Made by a program: the position numbers and the translations under genes. The notes beneath the pieces were generated by a model. That model was not told the origin of the DNA. It made no database searches and saw only the letters and a list, made by a program, of their open reading frames with translations. Shown here in pieces: positions 19,219 through 29,439 of a DNA stretch of 64,000 nucleotides. Source of the stretch: Thermoplasmata archaeon (GTDB lineage Archaea; Thermoplasmatota; Thermoplasmata; Lutacidiplasmatales; UBA184). The stretch is from assembly GCA_030037955.1 (NCBI GenBank), contig JASHPT010000012.1, forward strand, positions 2,429-66,428, in the 5' to 3' direction. Numbering within the stretch: the first letter of the stretch is position 1; each line of letters begins with the position of its first letter.

Positions 19219-19325
19219 CGGGCTTGGTGGGAGTTTCGCCGCCCCGGTCGCGGCGACGGGCGGATTCGAACCCACGTCTTCGGCTTCGAAGGCCGAAAGG
19301 ATAGTCCAGACTACCCTACAAGCCC
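19219..19325 (-). tRNA. tRNA-Arg(UCG) with 32-nt intron (19233-19264) at position 59/60
   Basis: Acceptor GGGCTTG/CAAGCCC, discriminator G, anticodon arm TCGGC-CTTCGAA-GCCGA, T-stem GTGGG/CCCAC; intron removal restores TTCGAAT; TTATA box about 26 nt upstream. Confidence 0.93.
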
Positions 19326-19387
19326 GCGGGCCGTCGGACGCGCGGCCGCCTATAAGGGGGTTCCCGGCGGCGGCTCCGCCGGTCGGC

Positions 19388-22300
19388 TCAGAGCTCGTCG
19401 GGCGGTTCGTCGACGGCCACCGGTTCCTGGAACGATTCGAGCGTGGTCTGCGCCAGGCTGCCGGGGAAGAGCGTCGCGAGGGACGTTTCGAGGAGCTGGA
19501 TCCGTTGTCGCAAGTACGGAGGGACGCCGGTCGTCGCCGCCAGCCGCTGGGAGAGACCGAGGTACTTCCGCACCGACGCCTCGAACACGGTGGGCTGGAG
19601 CAGTCCGTCGCACGGAGCCCCGGCGTGGGGCCGGGCGGTGCAGCGACCCGAGAGCGGCGGTCGGCGATACGAGGTGCCGCAGGTTTTGCAGCGGAACTTC
19701 TGGGTCGCGTAGCTCTTGAGATTCCCCATCAGGTCGGGGAGAAAGTGGGCGTTCAGCACCAACGAGACGGCCTCTCCGACGTCGACCGCGCGGATCTCGG
19801 AGGCGACCCGCAGGGATTGCTCGACGATGCGGTCCATCGACGGTGCTTCCCGGTACGCGGACCGGACCGGGCCCCCGGCGATGTCGCTCGTGTCGTGCGT
19901 GAACCCGTACCCGTGCAACGCCCGCTCGGTCCCGACCCGGGCGCCGACGGTCTCGATGAGGGCCTGCACCTCCTTGGCCGCCCCGCCCCGGGCCGCCGCC
20001 CGGTAGAACTCGACGGGATACCGGAACGCGATGTCGACGTTGTGTGCCTCGCTGTCGACCTCGGTGGCATTGAGCCGCGTCGTGAGCACGAGCGGCTTGT
20101 CCATCAACGCGCCCCGGCTCTCCGGGAGGAACGCCCGGGAGAAGTTGAGCAGCGCATCGAGGAGCAGGGTGACCGAGTCCTCGTCCCCGTCACAGTTTCG
20201 TCGCTTCGCGGCATGGAAGACCGGGTGCGCGAAGCATCCTTCCGCCGACGTGTAGCCGATCAGACGGCCAACGACGGCTCCCGAGGTGTGTGGCGCCAGC
20301 GCCGCGACGAGATGCCCGAGCAGGTCCTCGGGCCGGCTCGCCCGGTAGTACGATTCGAGGCCGTAGAGATGGGCCAACTCATCGTCGAGGAACTGGGCGA
20401 CCTGGGTGAGGTAGGTCCCGCAGGAGCGCGAGACGATGAGGTCGTGCGGCTCGAGTTCCAGCAGCTGGTCCGGGTCCGTGAGCGGCGCCCCGCGGTAGTC
20501 CTGGGTGTACCCGAGCGACCGGGCGCGTTCCACCGATAGCCCCACTTCTCGGGGCCGGAAATGCGTGAGGGGGAGGTCGGTGAGGTCGAACCGCGCCGTT
20601 CCGTCCTGATAGACCGAGACCCCGTGCGCCGCCCGCAGGATTCCCTTCTCGATCGGCTCCGGAACCTTGCCGCTGGAGAGGAGGCCCTTGACTCCCTTGA
20701 CGTTCGTCGGGGGACGCCGGAGCTGGAGCTGCTCGACCGCCTGGGCCCAAATCGGCGCCACGGAGACCTCCTGGGTGGTCACCTGGCCGGTCGCGCGCGT
20801 ATGGGCGCCGCACACGCATCGGGGCCAGACCGTCGACCGATGACAGGTGGGACACTCGCGTACTCCGAGCTGCGTCGGGAGGCCCCGGCCCTGACTGCGA
20901 CGCGCGGCCTCGGGAATCGAGCGCTGGGCGCCGCCGGCGTCTCCGACCGGGAAGAGCACGTGCACGTTGGGGCTCATCTTCCGCTGCCGGGCCTTCTCCG
21001 GCCGGCCCACTCGGGCTCCGATGCGGGAGGGACTCCGCGGAGGCACCCGGACCCCGGCCAGCCGGCTGACGTAGGCCATCGGGTCGATGTCGACCGGTTC
21101 GACCGGTACGACGCGGAGCAATCGGGGGCTGCCCGGGACCAGTCCGAGGGCAGCCACCAGCGCCTGGGACAGCTCCCCCTCGCCTTGGAGCGTCCCGTCG
21201 GCCCGGCGGGTATGAAGAAATCCGAGGCGAACCAGCACGTCGCGGACCTCCGCGTCGAACGGTACCTCGAGCGCACCGGCGACCCAGCGCCCCTCGCGTT
21301 CGACGTAGTCCGACAGGGCGCGTATCTCGCCCGAGGTGAGGTCGTGCCAGAACAAGAGGAAGCGCGGATGGAGGGGGACGTTCGAGGCCCGGGCGGTCTC
21401 GACCGCCTCGGCGTAGCTGGGGCGGAAGGCCTTGTCATCCAGCGGAACGCCCGCGGCCCGCAACTCCTCGAGATGCCACTCGAGCGAGTAGGTGCCCGGC
21501 GCGAGGGGCCGGTTGTTCTCGAGAAACTCGCCGAAGGGAACCAGCAGGCACCCCAGGTCGATGATGCGTCGGATCCTCGGGAGCAGCTCCTCGGCCCGGT
21601 CCCGGTCATGTACGGCTGTAAGGCTCCCGTCGTCCAGCTCGACGATGGGACCCTCGATCGTGTCACAGAGCGTCATCGCGGTCGCCTTGCCCGGATATTC
21701 GATCTTGACCTGGGTGCCCACCGCGACGAAATTTCGGAGCACGACCATCGTCGCCGGATTGACGGCGCAGGACGCCAGGCCGGCCGTTCGCGATCGGCCG
21801 TACAGGAGTCGGAAACCCCCCGGTCGATGCGGATAGGCGAGGACCGGACGGCCGCCGACCGCCTCCGAGAGATACTTCGGCCCCTGCGTGCCGCCGTTGT
21901 CGTCGGCGGTGGCGTGCCGACCCAGCTCGCCCAGGAACTCCCATCCGTCCAAGCCGAGCCGCTGCACGATCTTGCGCAGCTTCGGTGCTTTCTGGCAGAG
22001 ACCTTCGGCGATGACCAGGCAGGCACCGCCCCGCAGCCCGTTCGTCGGCACGCGCGGGAGGTTCCGGAAGGCGCTGACCTCGAGGTCTCCCTCGGTCGAC
22101 TCGCCCGAGATGCAGACCGGTACGTTCTCCACGACCGTCGAGACCTCCTCGGCGGTGGGCACGTACTGCAGGTGCTGGGAATGCTTGTACAGCGGGATCT
22201 CCTCGACGTAGCGCTCGACCTCCCCCGGCAAGGGTCGATACGGCGTGAGTCCCAGCTCTCGACGGGCGACGTCTGCGAGGAGGACGGACATCGCCTGGGC

Positions 22301-22738
22301 CGTTCCGCCCGCGGCGCGAATCGGGCCGGCGTAGAACAGCTCGATGTAGGCGGAGCCTCCCACCGGTCGGAGGTGTACCTCGGCCAGACCCTCGAGGGGG
22401 GCGACCAGGATGCCTTCGGTGAGAATCGCCAGCCCCACGCGCAGCGCAGCGTCCAGCCGGGCCTCGACCGACGCGCCCCGACGAGAATCGCGAACCATCG
22501 ACCGGACCATTGCGATCGCTACCTCGTCGCGCGGAAGGTCCCGCGCGAGGACCCGGATCTCCTCCGCGACCCCCTCGACCGGCAGGTGCGCCAGCAGTTT
22601 CTCGACTCGGGCGGCCATGTCCTGGGCCGGTGGGATCTCGGGATGGTCCTCGGGGTCGATCCCCGCAGCCCGGGCCGAGCGAGCTACTGCGTAGGCAGCC
22701 TCGATCGACCGATCGAGACGCTCAAAGTATGACGACAC
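19388..22738 (-). CDS. polC: DNA polymerase D large subunit DP2
   Basis: AILTEG..VAPLEG, YAGPIRAAGGT, RIGARVGRPEK, HAAKRRNCDGDED, C-terminal CxxC. Confidence 0.97.
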   Translation of the reverse strand: MSSYFERLDRSIEAAYAVARSARAAGIDPEDHPEIPPAQDMAARVEKLLAHLPVEGVAEEIRVLARDLPRDEVAIAMVRSMVRDSRRGASVEARLDAALRVGLAILTEGILVAPLEGLAEVHLRPVGGSAYIELFYAGPIRAAGGTAQAMSVLLADVARRELGLTPYRPLPGEVERYVEEIPLYKHSQHLQYVPTAEEVSTVVENVPVCISGESTEGDLEVSAFRNLPRVPTNGLRGGACLVIAEGLCQKAPKLRKIVQRLGLDGWEFLGELGRHATADDNGGTQGPKYLSEAVGGRPVLAYPHRPGGFRLLYGRSRTAGLASCAVNPATMVVLRNFVAVGTQVKIEYPGKATAMTLCDTIEGPIVELDDGSLTAVHDRDRAEELLPRIRRIIDLGCLLVPFGEFLENNRPLAPGTYSLEWHLEELRAAGVPLDDKAFRPSYAEAVETARASNVPLHPRFLLFWHDLTSGEIRALSDYVEREGRWVAGALEVPFDAEVRDVLVRLGFLHTRRADGTLQGEGELSQALVAALGLVPGSPRLLRVVPVEPVDIDPMAYVSRLAGVRVPPRSPSRIGARVGRPEKARQRKMSPNVHVLFPVGDAGGAQRSIPEAARRSQGRGLPTQLGVRECPTCHRSTVWPRCVCGAHTRATGQVTTQEVSVAPIWAQAVEQLQLRRPPTNVKGVKGLLSSGKVPEPIEKGILRAAHGVSVYQDGTARFDLTDLPLTHFRPREVGLSVERARSLGYTQDYRGAPLTDPDQLLELEPHDLIVSRSCGTYLTQVAQFLDDELAHLYGLESYYRASRPEDLLGHLVAALAPHTSGAVVGRLIGYTSAEGCFAHPVFHAAKRRNCDGDEDSVTLLLDALLNFSRAFLPESRGALMDKPLVLTTRLNATEVDSEAHNVDIAFRYPVEFYRAAARGGAAKEVQALIETVGARVGTERALHGYGFTHDTSDIAGGPVRSAYREAPSMDRIVEQSLRVASEIRAVDVGEAVSLVLNAHFLPDLMGNLKSYATQKFRCKTCGTSYRRPPLSGRCTARPHAGAPCDGLLQPTVFEASVRKYLGLSQRLAATTGVPPYLRQRIQLLETSLATLFPGSLAQTTLESFQEPVAVDEPPDEL

Positions 22739-22820
22739 GCCCCGCGGCGAGCTACGCGCCGGGGCTTAAGCCCTACCCGACCGGACGCGGTGCGAATCGC
22801 GTGCGGACGGTCCGCCCGGG

Positions 22821-23564
22821 TCAATCCGGCGCGGCGAGCTGGGAGACCGGGATGTACACCACGGTCGACTGGGGCGGGCCGGAGTAGATGATCTTGATGT
22901 AGCAATTGTTCGGCGGATTGTTCGACCCGGGCGTGGCGAAGCACCACGCAGGGATGCCGTGATAGTCGTCCGTGTCGGGCTTGGTGGAGCCCACGTCGTG
23001 TGGCGCGGTCGTGGAGTGGATGTAGAGCACGATGCTGTCACCGTCCGACAGGTAGGTGGCGTTCGGGGTCAGCTGCCAGAAGAAGCCGAGGCGGCTGAAG
23101 GGGATGTCGTAGCCGAACACCTCGGCCGGGTTGTAGTTCCCGCAGGTCTGCAAGCAGTTGCCGCCCGGCTCGACGCAGTTGAAGTTGGCGGCGTGGTTCG
23201 TCGTGGGGATGTAGAGCATGTTGGGCAGGGTCGACTCGAAGTAGACCGTTCCGTTACAGATGAAGTAGAAAGTGAGATCGGCGACCGGCATCAGACCGGG
23301 GGATTGCGTCGTGAAGATGATGTCGACCGCAGGCTGCTGGGCGCAGGTCGACGGGTCGTTCACGTTCGAGCAGTCCGTGAGGTCACCCCAGGTCGGGGCC
23401 GTCGTCCCCGTGTCAATGGTGTAGTAGATCGCACTGGTGGCCGTGGGAACCGGGGGCTTGAACGCCGCCAGGATCGCCACGGCGATGACGGTCATCGCCA
23501 CGAGGAGAATCACGGCGATGACGTTGTTGACTCCGCGGGAAGCGCGGCGGCGGAAAGTCCGCAT
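22821..23564 (-). CDS. archaeal type IV pilin-like protein
   Basis: Class III signal peptide RRRASRG/VNNVIAVILLVAMTVI followed by a polar Cys-containing extracellular domain. Confidence 0.8.
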   Translation of the reverse strand: MRTFRRRASRGVNNVIAVILLVAMTVIAVAILAAFKPPVPTATSAIYYTIDTGTTAPTWGDLTDCSNVNDPSTCAQQPAVDIIFTTQSPGLMPVADLTFYFICNGTVYFESTLPNMLYIPTTNHAANFNCVEPGGNCLQTCGNYNPAEVFGYDIPFSRLGFFWQLTPNATYLSDGDSIVLYIHSTTAPHDVGSTKPDTDDYHGIPAWCFATPGSNNPPNNCYIKIIYSGPPQSTVVYIPVSQLAAPD

Positions 23565-23700
23565 GGACACGTATGCCGACGAATAGAGCGCGGCACCCCC
23601 CCTTTAGCCTTGCGCTGCGCCGGAGGATTTTTCGCCCTCCCCGGAACGTCGGTGGCTCCCGGATGTTTTTCCGGCGGGGGAAGCCGTCTTGGGATGCCGC

Positions 23701-24402
23701 GTGTCTGGCCAACCCGTGCGCGTGATCGTGTTCGGTGCGACCGGGATGGTCGGAGGCGGGGTCCTCCGCGAATGCCTCCTGGACCCGGGCGTCGACGCCG
23801 TCCTCTCGGTAGGGCGCTCCTCCACGCAGATCCAGGCCCCGAAGCTGCAGGAGCTGTTGCGCCCGGACCTCATGGACCTTACCTCCGTCGAGGATCGGCT
23901 CCGAGGTTACGACGCGGCGTTCTTCTGCCTCGGAGTCTCGTCGGTTGGAATGCCGGAGGCGCAGTATCGTCGGGTCACGTTCGACCTGACCGTTCGGGTA
24001 GCCGAGACGCTGGCGCGTCTGAATCCCTCCCTGACGTTCGTGTACGTGTCCGGGGCGGGGACGGACAGCTCTGAGCACGGTCGCTCGATGTGGGCTCGCG
24101 TCAAGGGCCAGACGGAGAACGCGCTTCTCCGGATGCCGTTCCGGGCCGCGTACATGTTTCGACCGGGCATCATCCAGTCGAAGCACGGGATCCGGTCCAA
24201 GAGCCTCGCCTACCGGATCGGATACGTCGTTGTCGCCCCGTTCCTCCTGATCATCAGTGCCGTCGCACCGCAGTCCGTGACCACGACCGAACGGGTCGGG
24301 GCCGCGATGATTCACGTCGGCCGTGTCGGCTGGCCGACGCCCATCCTCGGGACTGCAGACATCAACGCCGCCGCGAAGCTTGAGTCGGGTCGGTCCGGCT
24401 GA
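23701..24402 (+). CDS. NAD(P)-binding Rossmann protein (TIP30/YraR-like)
   Basis: VFGATGMVG, FFCLG, YVSGAG, WARVKG.TE, FRPG. Confidence 0.85.
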   Translation: MSGQPVRVIVFGATGMVGGGVLRECLLDPGVDAVLSVGRSSTQIQAPKLQELLRPDLMDLTSVEDRLRGYDAAFFCLGVSSVGMPEAQYRRVTFDLTVRVAETLARLNPSLTFVYVSGAGTDSSEHGRSMWARVKGQTENALLRMPFRAAYMFRPGIIQSKHGIRSKSLAYRIGYVVVAPFLLIISAVAPQSVTTTERVGAAMIHVGRVGWPTPILGTADINAAAKLESGRSG

Positions 24403-24750
24403 CGATTGACGGTCTCCTCTGGGACCGACCGTCTGCGTCGAGACCTTCTTCGTCAGCGGCTCGGAGGACGTTTGGCGGAGCGCCGCGCGGGAGGTGCGTC
24501 CGCCGCTCCACCGACTCTCGCACGCGAGGCTCTCCGCCACAGGCGAGTAGCTCCGGAATGGCGACTCCCGATTCCGGCGGCCGTATCTCCCGAACAAAAC
24601 TGCCCTGCGGAAAGACTTCCGCACCGCCGAAAATCTATCGGGCTGAGATTGCGAACGGTACCGATAAAAACCAACGTTTAAGTAGCAAATCCCGGGATTC
24701 TCCGCCGAGCGTATGACGCTCGTCCGACAAACGCAACGGAGAATCAAACC

Positions 24751-25884
24751 ATGAAATCGATCATCCAGGAAGCGATCGCGAAGCACCAGGAAAGCCAGCA
24801 GCTCGCGGAGCAGAAGCCGGACGCAGCGCCCGCCTACGGAAGTTCTGACGACGCGGAGCTCGCGAAGCTGGCGGAGACGCTGAAGGTCAACATCCGCATC
24901 ATCGGATGCGGCGGCGGCGGGTCGAACACGATCAACCGCTGTGTCGAAGAGGGGATCCAGGGCGCCGAGATGTGCGCCATCAACACGGATGCGAAGCACC
25001 TGCTGACCATCCACTCCCCGCGCAAGATCCTCATCGGCCGCCGAGCCACCAAAGGCCTGGGCGCCGGAGCTCGGCCGGAGATCGGCGAGGAGGCGGCCCG
25101 GGAGAACGAGGAGGAGATCCGCAACTTCCTCACCGGAGCGCACATCGTCTTTGTCACGGCAGGCATGGGTGGCGGCACGGGAACGGGCTCGGCCCATCTC
25201 GTGGCACGGATCAGCAAGGAAGCCGGGGCGCTCACGATGGGCGTCGTAACCATCCCGTTCGCGGCCGAAGGCGCCGTGCGCCTGGAGGCGGCGAAGGACG
25301 GACTCGAGCGGCTTCGCCGGGTCTGCGATACCACGATCGTGATCCAGAACGACAAGCTCCTCGAACTCGTCCCGCGGATGCCGCTCGATGCGGCGTTCAA
25401 GCTTGCCGATGCGGTCCTGATGACCGCCATCAAGGGAATCACCGAGATCGTGACCAAGCCGGGGCTCGTCAACCTCGACTACGCCGACATCATGACGGTC
25501 ATGAAGGACGGCGGCGTCGCGCTGATCGGACTGGGCGAGAGCGAGAGCGCGACCGACCGGGTCACCGAGTCGGTCACCCAGGCCCTGACCTCGCCGCTGC
25601 TCGGCAACGTCGAGATGAAGGACGCGACCGGCGCGCTCGTGCGCGTCGTCGGTGGCCCGACCATGACGGTCTCGGAGGCCGAGAAGGCCGCCGCGCTCGT
25701 CGGGGCAAAGATCTCGAAGCGGGCCCGCATCATCTGGGGCTGCTCGGTCGAGAACTCCTCGGAGATGGAGAACACCATCAAGGTGCTCCTCATCATCACT
25801 GGAGTAAAGGCCGCGAATCTCCTGGGCTCGCGCGGAGGCTACGCCGCCGGTGAGTCTGAAGAGGTCATCGACTTCGTACGGTAA
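24751..25884 (+). CDS. ftsZ: cell division protein FtsZ
   Basis: IGCGGGGSN, GLGAG, AGMGGGTGTG, VNLDYAD; TTTAAG TATA-like element near 24677. Confidence 0.98.
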   Translation: MKSIIQEAIAKHQESQQLAEQKPDAAPAYGSSDDAELAKLAETLKVNIRIIGCGGGGSNTINRCVEEGIQGAEMCAINTDAKHLLTIHSPRKILIGRRATKGLGAGARPEIGEEAARENEEEIRNFLTGAHIVFVTAGMGGGTGTGSAHLVARISKEAGALTMGVVTIPFAAEGAVRLEAAKDGLERLRRVCDTTIVIQNDKLLELVPRMPLDAAFKLADAVLMTAIKGITEIVTKPGLVNLDYADIMTVMKDGGVALIGLGESESATDRVTESVTQALTSPLLGNVEMKDATGALVRVVGGPTMTVSEAEKAAALVGAKISKRARIIWGCSVENSSEMENTIKVLLIITGVKAANLLGSRGGYAAGESEEVIDFVR

Positions 25885-26230
25885 CTCTCTTCTCCGCCCC
25901 CGCTACCTCGGGGTCGAGGTGGCGGGGGACCCCTCTTTTTCTCCGAAGCGCCTCCTCCAGTGGCTCGCCGACCGGCTCTCCGACAGCGGGAGCCCGCCGA
26001 CGCTCCGGATCGTTCGCGTGGAGGGTCGTCGCGCGGTCGTGAGCCTCCCCCATACCTGGGTCCGGGCGGCCCGCGCCCAGTGGAACGGACGGTGGACGGC
26101 GGCGGACGGCACCCCGGTAGAAGTCCAGACGGTGCGGACCTGGGGGACCCTGGTGGGTGCGAAGCAGTGGCTGCGGCGACGGGACCCCTCCATCGAGGTC
26201 GGGGCTCTTAAATACGGGCGCCGGCCGTAA
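25850..26230 (+). CDS. ribonuclease P protein component 2 (Pop5/Rpp14 family)
   Basis: R.RYL.V.V N-terminal motif and TVRTWGTL C-terminal motif (cf. xSGTI); start uncertain. Confidence 0.7.
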   Translation: MSLKRSSTSYGNSLLRPRYLGVEVAGDPSFSPKRLLQWLADRLSDSGSPPTLRIVRVEGRRAVVSLPHTWVRAARAQWNGRWTAADGTPVEVQTVRTWGTLVGAKQWLRRRDPSIEVGALKYGRRP

Positions 26231-26254
26231 ATTACCGGGCCGTCCGGTCCCCTT

Positions 26255-27793
26255 ATGCGTCGTGGTTGGAGGCTCCTCCGTCAGCACGGTCGTCGCGCAC
26301 GCTCGGCGCAGGTCAGCGCCGTGGCGACGCTGCTGGCCCTGATGCTCTTCGTCTCGTTCCTCGCGACCTTCGTGTTCGGGGAGTTGCCCTCGCAGATGGG
26401 CACGCAGGAGTTCCTGCACCAGTCCCAGGTCGAGGACCAGCTCGGGCGTCTCCAGGACTCGGTGATCGAAGCCGCCAACGCTCTCAACGGGAACGGCTCG
26501 AGCTACCTCTCGAACCCGGTCACCCTCAACTCCGGCGGCGTGCCTCCGTTCGGGACTCCCTCCACGGGCAGCATCGTGGTCGAGCCCACCTACGTCGGCG
26601 CGACCGCCGCCTTTGGGGTCTCGAACGTCACCGCCGCCAACGTCGGGTGGGGCCACGGCTCCTCGTGTTTCTCGACCGGGAGCGGAACCTGCACGACGGG
26701 CTCCGGGACGGAGGTCTACAACTTCTCGGGGAACAAGAGCACCGTCAGTCCCACCATCGCGGGCTGCGCGGCGGCGGGCTGCTCGGTCGTGTTTAACGTG
26801 ACGGGCAACTCGAATGCGCTCACGGTGACGCTGACCGGGGCGGCGATCAAGACGGTCCTCGTCCAGGTTTCCGGCAACTGGGACAACCTGACGCTCTCGG
26901 ACGGCGGGACCTGTAACCTCCACCAGAGCGTGGCCGTGGTCTTCTCCGGAAACAACGATAGCTACACGCTCACGATGACCGGGTGCACGACCGGACTCGG
27001 CGCCAATCTCAACACCACCTTCGTCGGCTCGTCGGGGTCGCTGTGCCCGTACGGGAACGCCGCCAGCTCGGACACGTGGAAGGGGGCGACCTGGGGATCC
27101 TCCACCGGGATCTTCCAGAACCTGACCTGGCAGAACGCCTTCGGCATCACCTCGCCGGAGAACTCGATCCCGGCGAACGGGGGCCACAACCACGTGACCT
27201 TCTCGAACCAGAGCGGCTACTTCCAGTGCCTGTTCACCACCGCGCAGACGAGCGGACCGTACACGCTCCACTTCCTCTCCGGGGTGCGGGTCCAGCTCAA
27301 CAATCGGTACACGCCCGTCACGTCGGTGGCCTACGACCAGGGCGCCGTCATCCTGGGACAGCAGAACGGGGGCTCGATCATGATCGACCCCCCGCAGTCC
27401 TCGTACGTGCAGCAGCCGTTCGGCGTCTCCTACGCGATCACGCTGGTGAGTCTCGTCGGGTCGACCGGCGCCGCGTCGGGGCTCGGCACCGTGGCCGTCG
27501 TCTCGAGCATCCTCTCCGAGCAGACGTACAACATCATCGACGGTCGGCACTCCAACACGTACCTGCCCTACATCTACCTCAACTTCACGACGGCGTTCCC
27601 GCAGGCCTGGGCCACCTACTTCTCGCACCAGACCGTCATCGACCCGGCCGGCGTGACCTGCACCCCGGGCCCGGGCGGTACGGTGGCGAACTGCCTCACC
27701 CCGCAGAACAACGGGCTCTCCACGATCTCGGTACCGATCAACGCGAGCGAGTTCACGCTCAACATCATCGTCGCGCAGGTCAGCATCGGCTGA
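26255..27793 (+). CDS. large pilin-like secreted protein
   Basis: Class III-like signal RRARSA/QVSAVATLLALMLFV; Thr/Ser/Gly/Asn-rich beta domain with many N-x-S/T sequons. Confidence 0.8.
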   Translation: MRRGWRLLRQHGRRARSAQVSAVATLLALMLFVSFLATFVFGELPSQMGTQEFLHQSQVEDQLGRLQDSVIEAANALNGNGSSYLSNPVTLNSGGVPPFGTPSTGSIVVEPTYVGATAAFGVSNVTAANVGWGHGSSCFSTGSGTCTTGSGTEVYNFSGNKSTVSPTIAGCAAAGCSVVFNVTGNSNALTVTLTGAAIKTVLVQVSGNWDNLTLSDGGTCNLHQSVAVVFSGNNDSYTLTMTGCTTGLGANLNTTFVGSSGSLCPYGNAASSDTWKGATWGSSTGIFQNLTWQNAFGITSPENSIPANGGHNHVTFSNQSGYFQCLFTTAQTSGPYTLHFLSGVRVQLNNRYTPVTSVAYDQGAVILGQQNGGSIMIDPPQSSYVQQPFGVSYAITLVSLVGSTGAASGLGTVAVVSSILSEQTYNIIDGRHSNTYLPYIYLNFTTAFPQAWATYFSHQTVIDPAGVTCTPGPGGTVANCLTPQNNGLSTISVPINASEFTLNIIVAQVSIG

Positions 27794-27854
27794 CGGTCCG
27801 CCGCCGCACGACACCCTTATGGCCGTCGTTTCCTCCCCGTAGGGGAGCGAATCG

Positions 27855-29426
27855 GTGCCATCCGAGATCGACGGTCTCGTCCGGGTCCGACGAGCTCTTT
27901 TCAGCACCTCCGACCCCCGGGGGCTGGCCTCCCTGGCCCGGACCCTCGCGCGCTTCGACGTCGAGCTGGTCGCGACCGAAGGAACCCGCCGGCACCTGAC
28001 CCAGGAGGGCATTGCGAGCCGTCCGGCCGAGGAGCTCACGGGGGTCGGGGCCTGGTTCGGCGGCCGTCTCAAGACGCTCCATCCGGGCCTGCTCGGGGGG
28101 ATCCTGGCCCCCCGGTCACCGGCCGGCGAGCAGGAGCTCGAGGAGCGGCACCTCGTGCCCATCGACCTGGTCGCCGTGAACTTCTATCCGTTTGAGCAGC
28201 GGGTCCGGCCCGGTTCCCCCGACCACGAGATCGCCGAGAACATCGACATCGGCGGGGTGACCCTGGTCCGGGCCGCCGCGAAGAACTTCGAATCGGTCGT
28301 CGTCGCGAGCGATCCGGACGACTATCCGGCGCTGGAGGAGGAGCTCAAGCGGGAGACAGGTCGTGTGTCGGCGGCGACCCGACGCTCGCTGGCCGCCCGT
28401 GCCTTCGCCCGCACCGAACGGTACGACCGGGGGATCGGGGCCATCGTACGTGGCACTCCCGACGGCGACGGCGTGTCATTCCCCGAGACGCTGAGCTGGG
28501 CTCGCAGCGACCTATCGCTCCGGTACGGGGAGAACCCGCATCAGCGCGCGGCCGCATACGTCCCGACCGACCCCGGCCTCGTCCCGCTGACGCCGCCGTC
28601 CCTCGAGGTCCTCCAGGGTGGGGGCCTCTCGTACACCAACCTGCTGGACCTGGACACGGCGCTCGCGGCGGTGGCGGAGTTCGCCGAGCCGGCGGCGGCG
28701 GTCGTGAAGCATGCCACGCCCTCCGGCGTCGCGTGTGGCCCCACCCTGCGGGAGGCCCTCACGCGGGCCGTGGAGACGGACCCCGTCGCCCGGTACGGCT
28801 GCGCGATCGCGGTGAACCGGCCTCTCGAGGCGAGCGACTTCGAGCCGCTGCACGGGATCTTCGTGGACCTGCTCTCGGCCCCGTCCCTGACGGACGGCGC
28901 ACGGGCGGCGGCGGCCCGGCGGGCGAAACTCAAGCTGGTCCGGACCCCGGTGCCGGATATCCACGCCACCGGCTGGGAGGCGAAGAGTGCGGTGGGCCGG
29001 CTGCTCCTGCAGGAGGTCGACCGACGTGCGCTGACCGTCGGGGAGCTGCGCTGCGTGACGACCCGGACCGCGACCGCGGAAGAACTGGAGTCGCTGATCT
29101 TCGCCTGGAGGGTCGTGCGGCATGCCAAGTCGAACGCGATCGTGCTGGCGAGCGGCCAGCGGACGGTCGGCATCGGCAGCGGGCAGCCGACGCGGGTGAA
29201 GGCCGTGGAGCTCGCGGTGGAGGTGGCCGGCCCGCAGGCCGCCGGCTCGGTCCTGGCCTCGGACGCTTTCTTCCCCTTCGCCGACGGCGTGGAGGTCGCG
29301 GGCCGCGCCGGCATCCGGGCGATCCTACAGCCCGGCGGCAGTCTGCGGGATCCCGAGGTCATCGCGGTGGCGGACCGGGCCGGCCTGGCGATGTACTTCA
29401 CCGGCTGGCGGGTCTTCCGTCACTGA
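27855..29426 (+). CDS. purH: bifunctional AICAR transformylase/IMP cyclohydrolase
   Basis: KTLHP, ENIDIGG, LRYGENPHQ, KSNAI, ASDAFFPF.D, QPGGS.RD, C-terminal FRH. Confidence 0.96.
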   Translation: MPSEIDGLVRVRRALFSTSDPRGLASLARTLARFDVELVATEGTRRHLTQEGIASRPAEELTGVGAWFGGRLKTLHPGLLGGILAPRSPAGEQELEERHLVPIDLVAVNFYPFEQRVRPGSPDHEIAENIDIGGVTLVRAAAKNFESVVVASDPDDYPALEEELKRETGRVSAATRRSLAARAFARTERYDRGIGAIVRGTPDGDGVSFPETLSWARSDLSLRYGENPHQRAAAYVPTDPGLVPLTPPSLEVLQGGGLSYTNLLDLDTALAAVAEFAEPAAAVVKHATPSGVACGPTLREALTRAVETDPVARYGCAIAVNRPLEASDFEPLHGIFVDLLSAPSLTDGARAAAARRAKLKLVRTPVPDIHATGWEAKSAVGRLLLQEVDRRALTVGELRCVTTRTATAEELESLIFAWRVVRHAKSNAIVLASGQRTVGIGSGQPTRVKAVELAVEVAGPQAAGSVLASDAFFPFADGVEVAGRAGIRAILQPGGSLRDPEVIAVADRAGLAMYFTGWRVFRH

Positions 29427-29439
29427 GGGCCGGCCGCGG

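Noticed and set aside
19219-19270. Broken tRNA 3' end interpreted as an integration scar or pseudogene
   Set aside because: The insertion forms an exact BHB motif and its removal restores a canonical tRNA; no integrase or duplicated 3' end nearby
19388-22738. Intein in PolD DP2 (and in RadA)
   Set aside because: Lengths are ordinary and no intein splice or LAGLIDADG motifs were seen
24406-24700. Short ORFs upstream of ftsZ
   Set aside because: No protein-like composition; more plausibly the ftsZ promoter region
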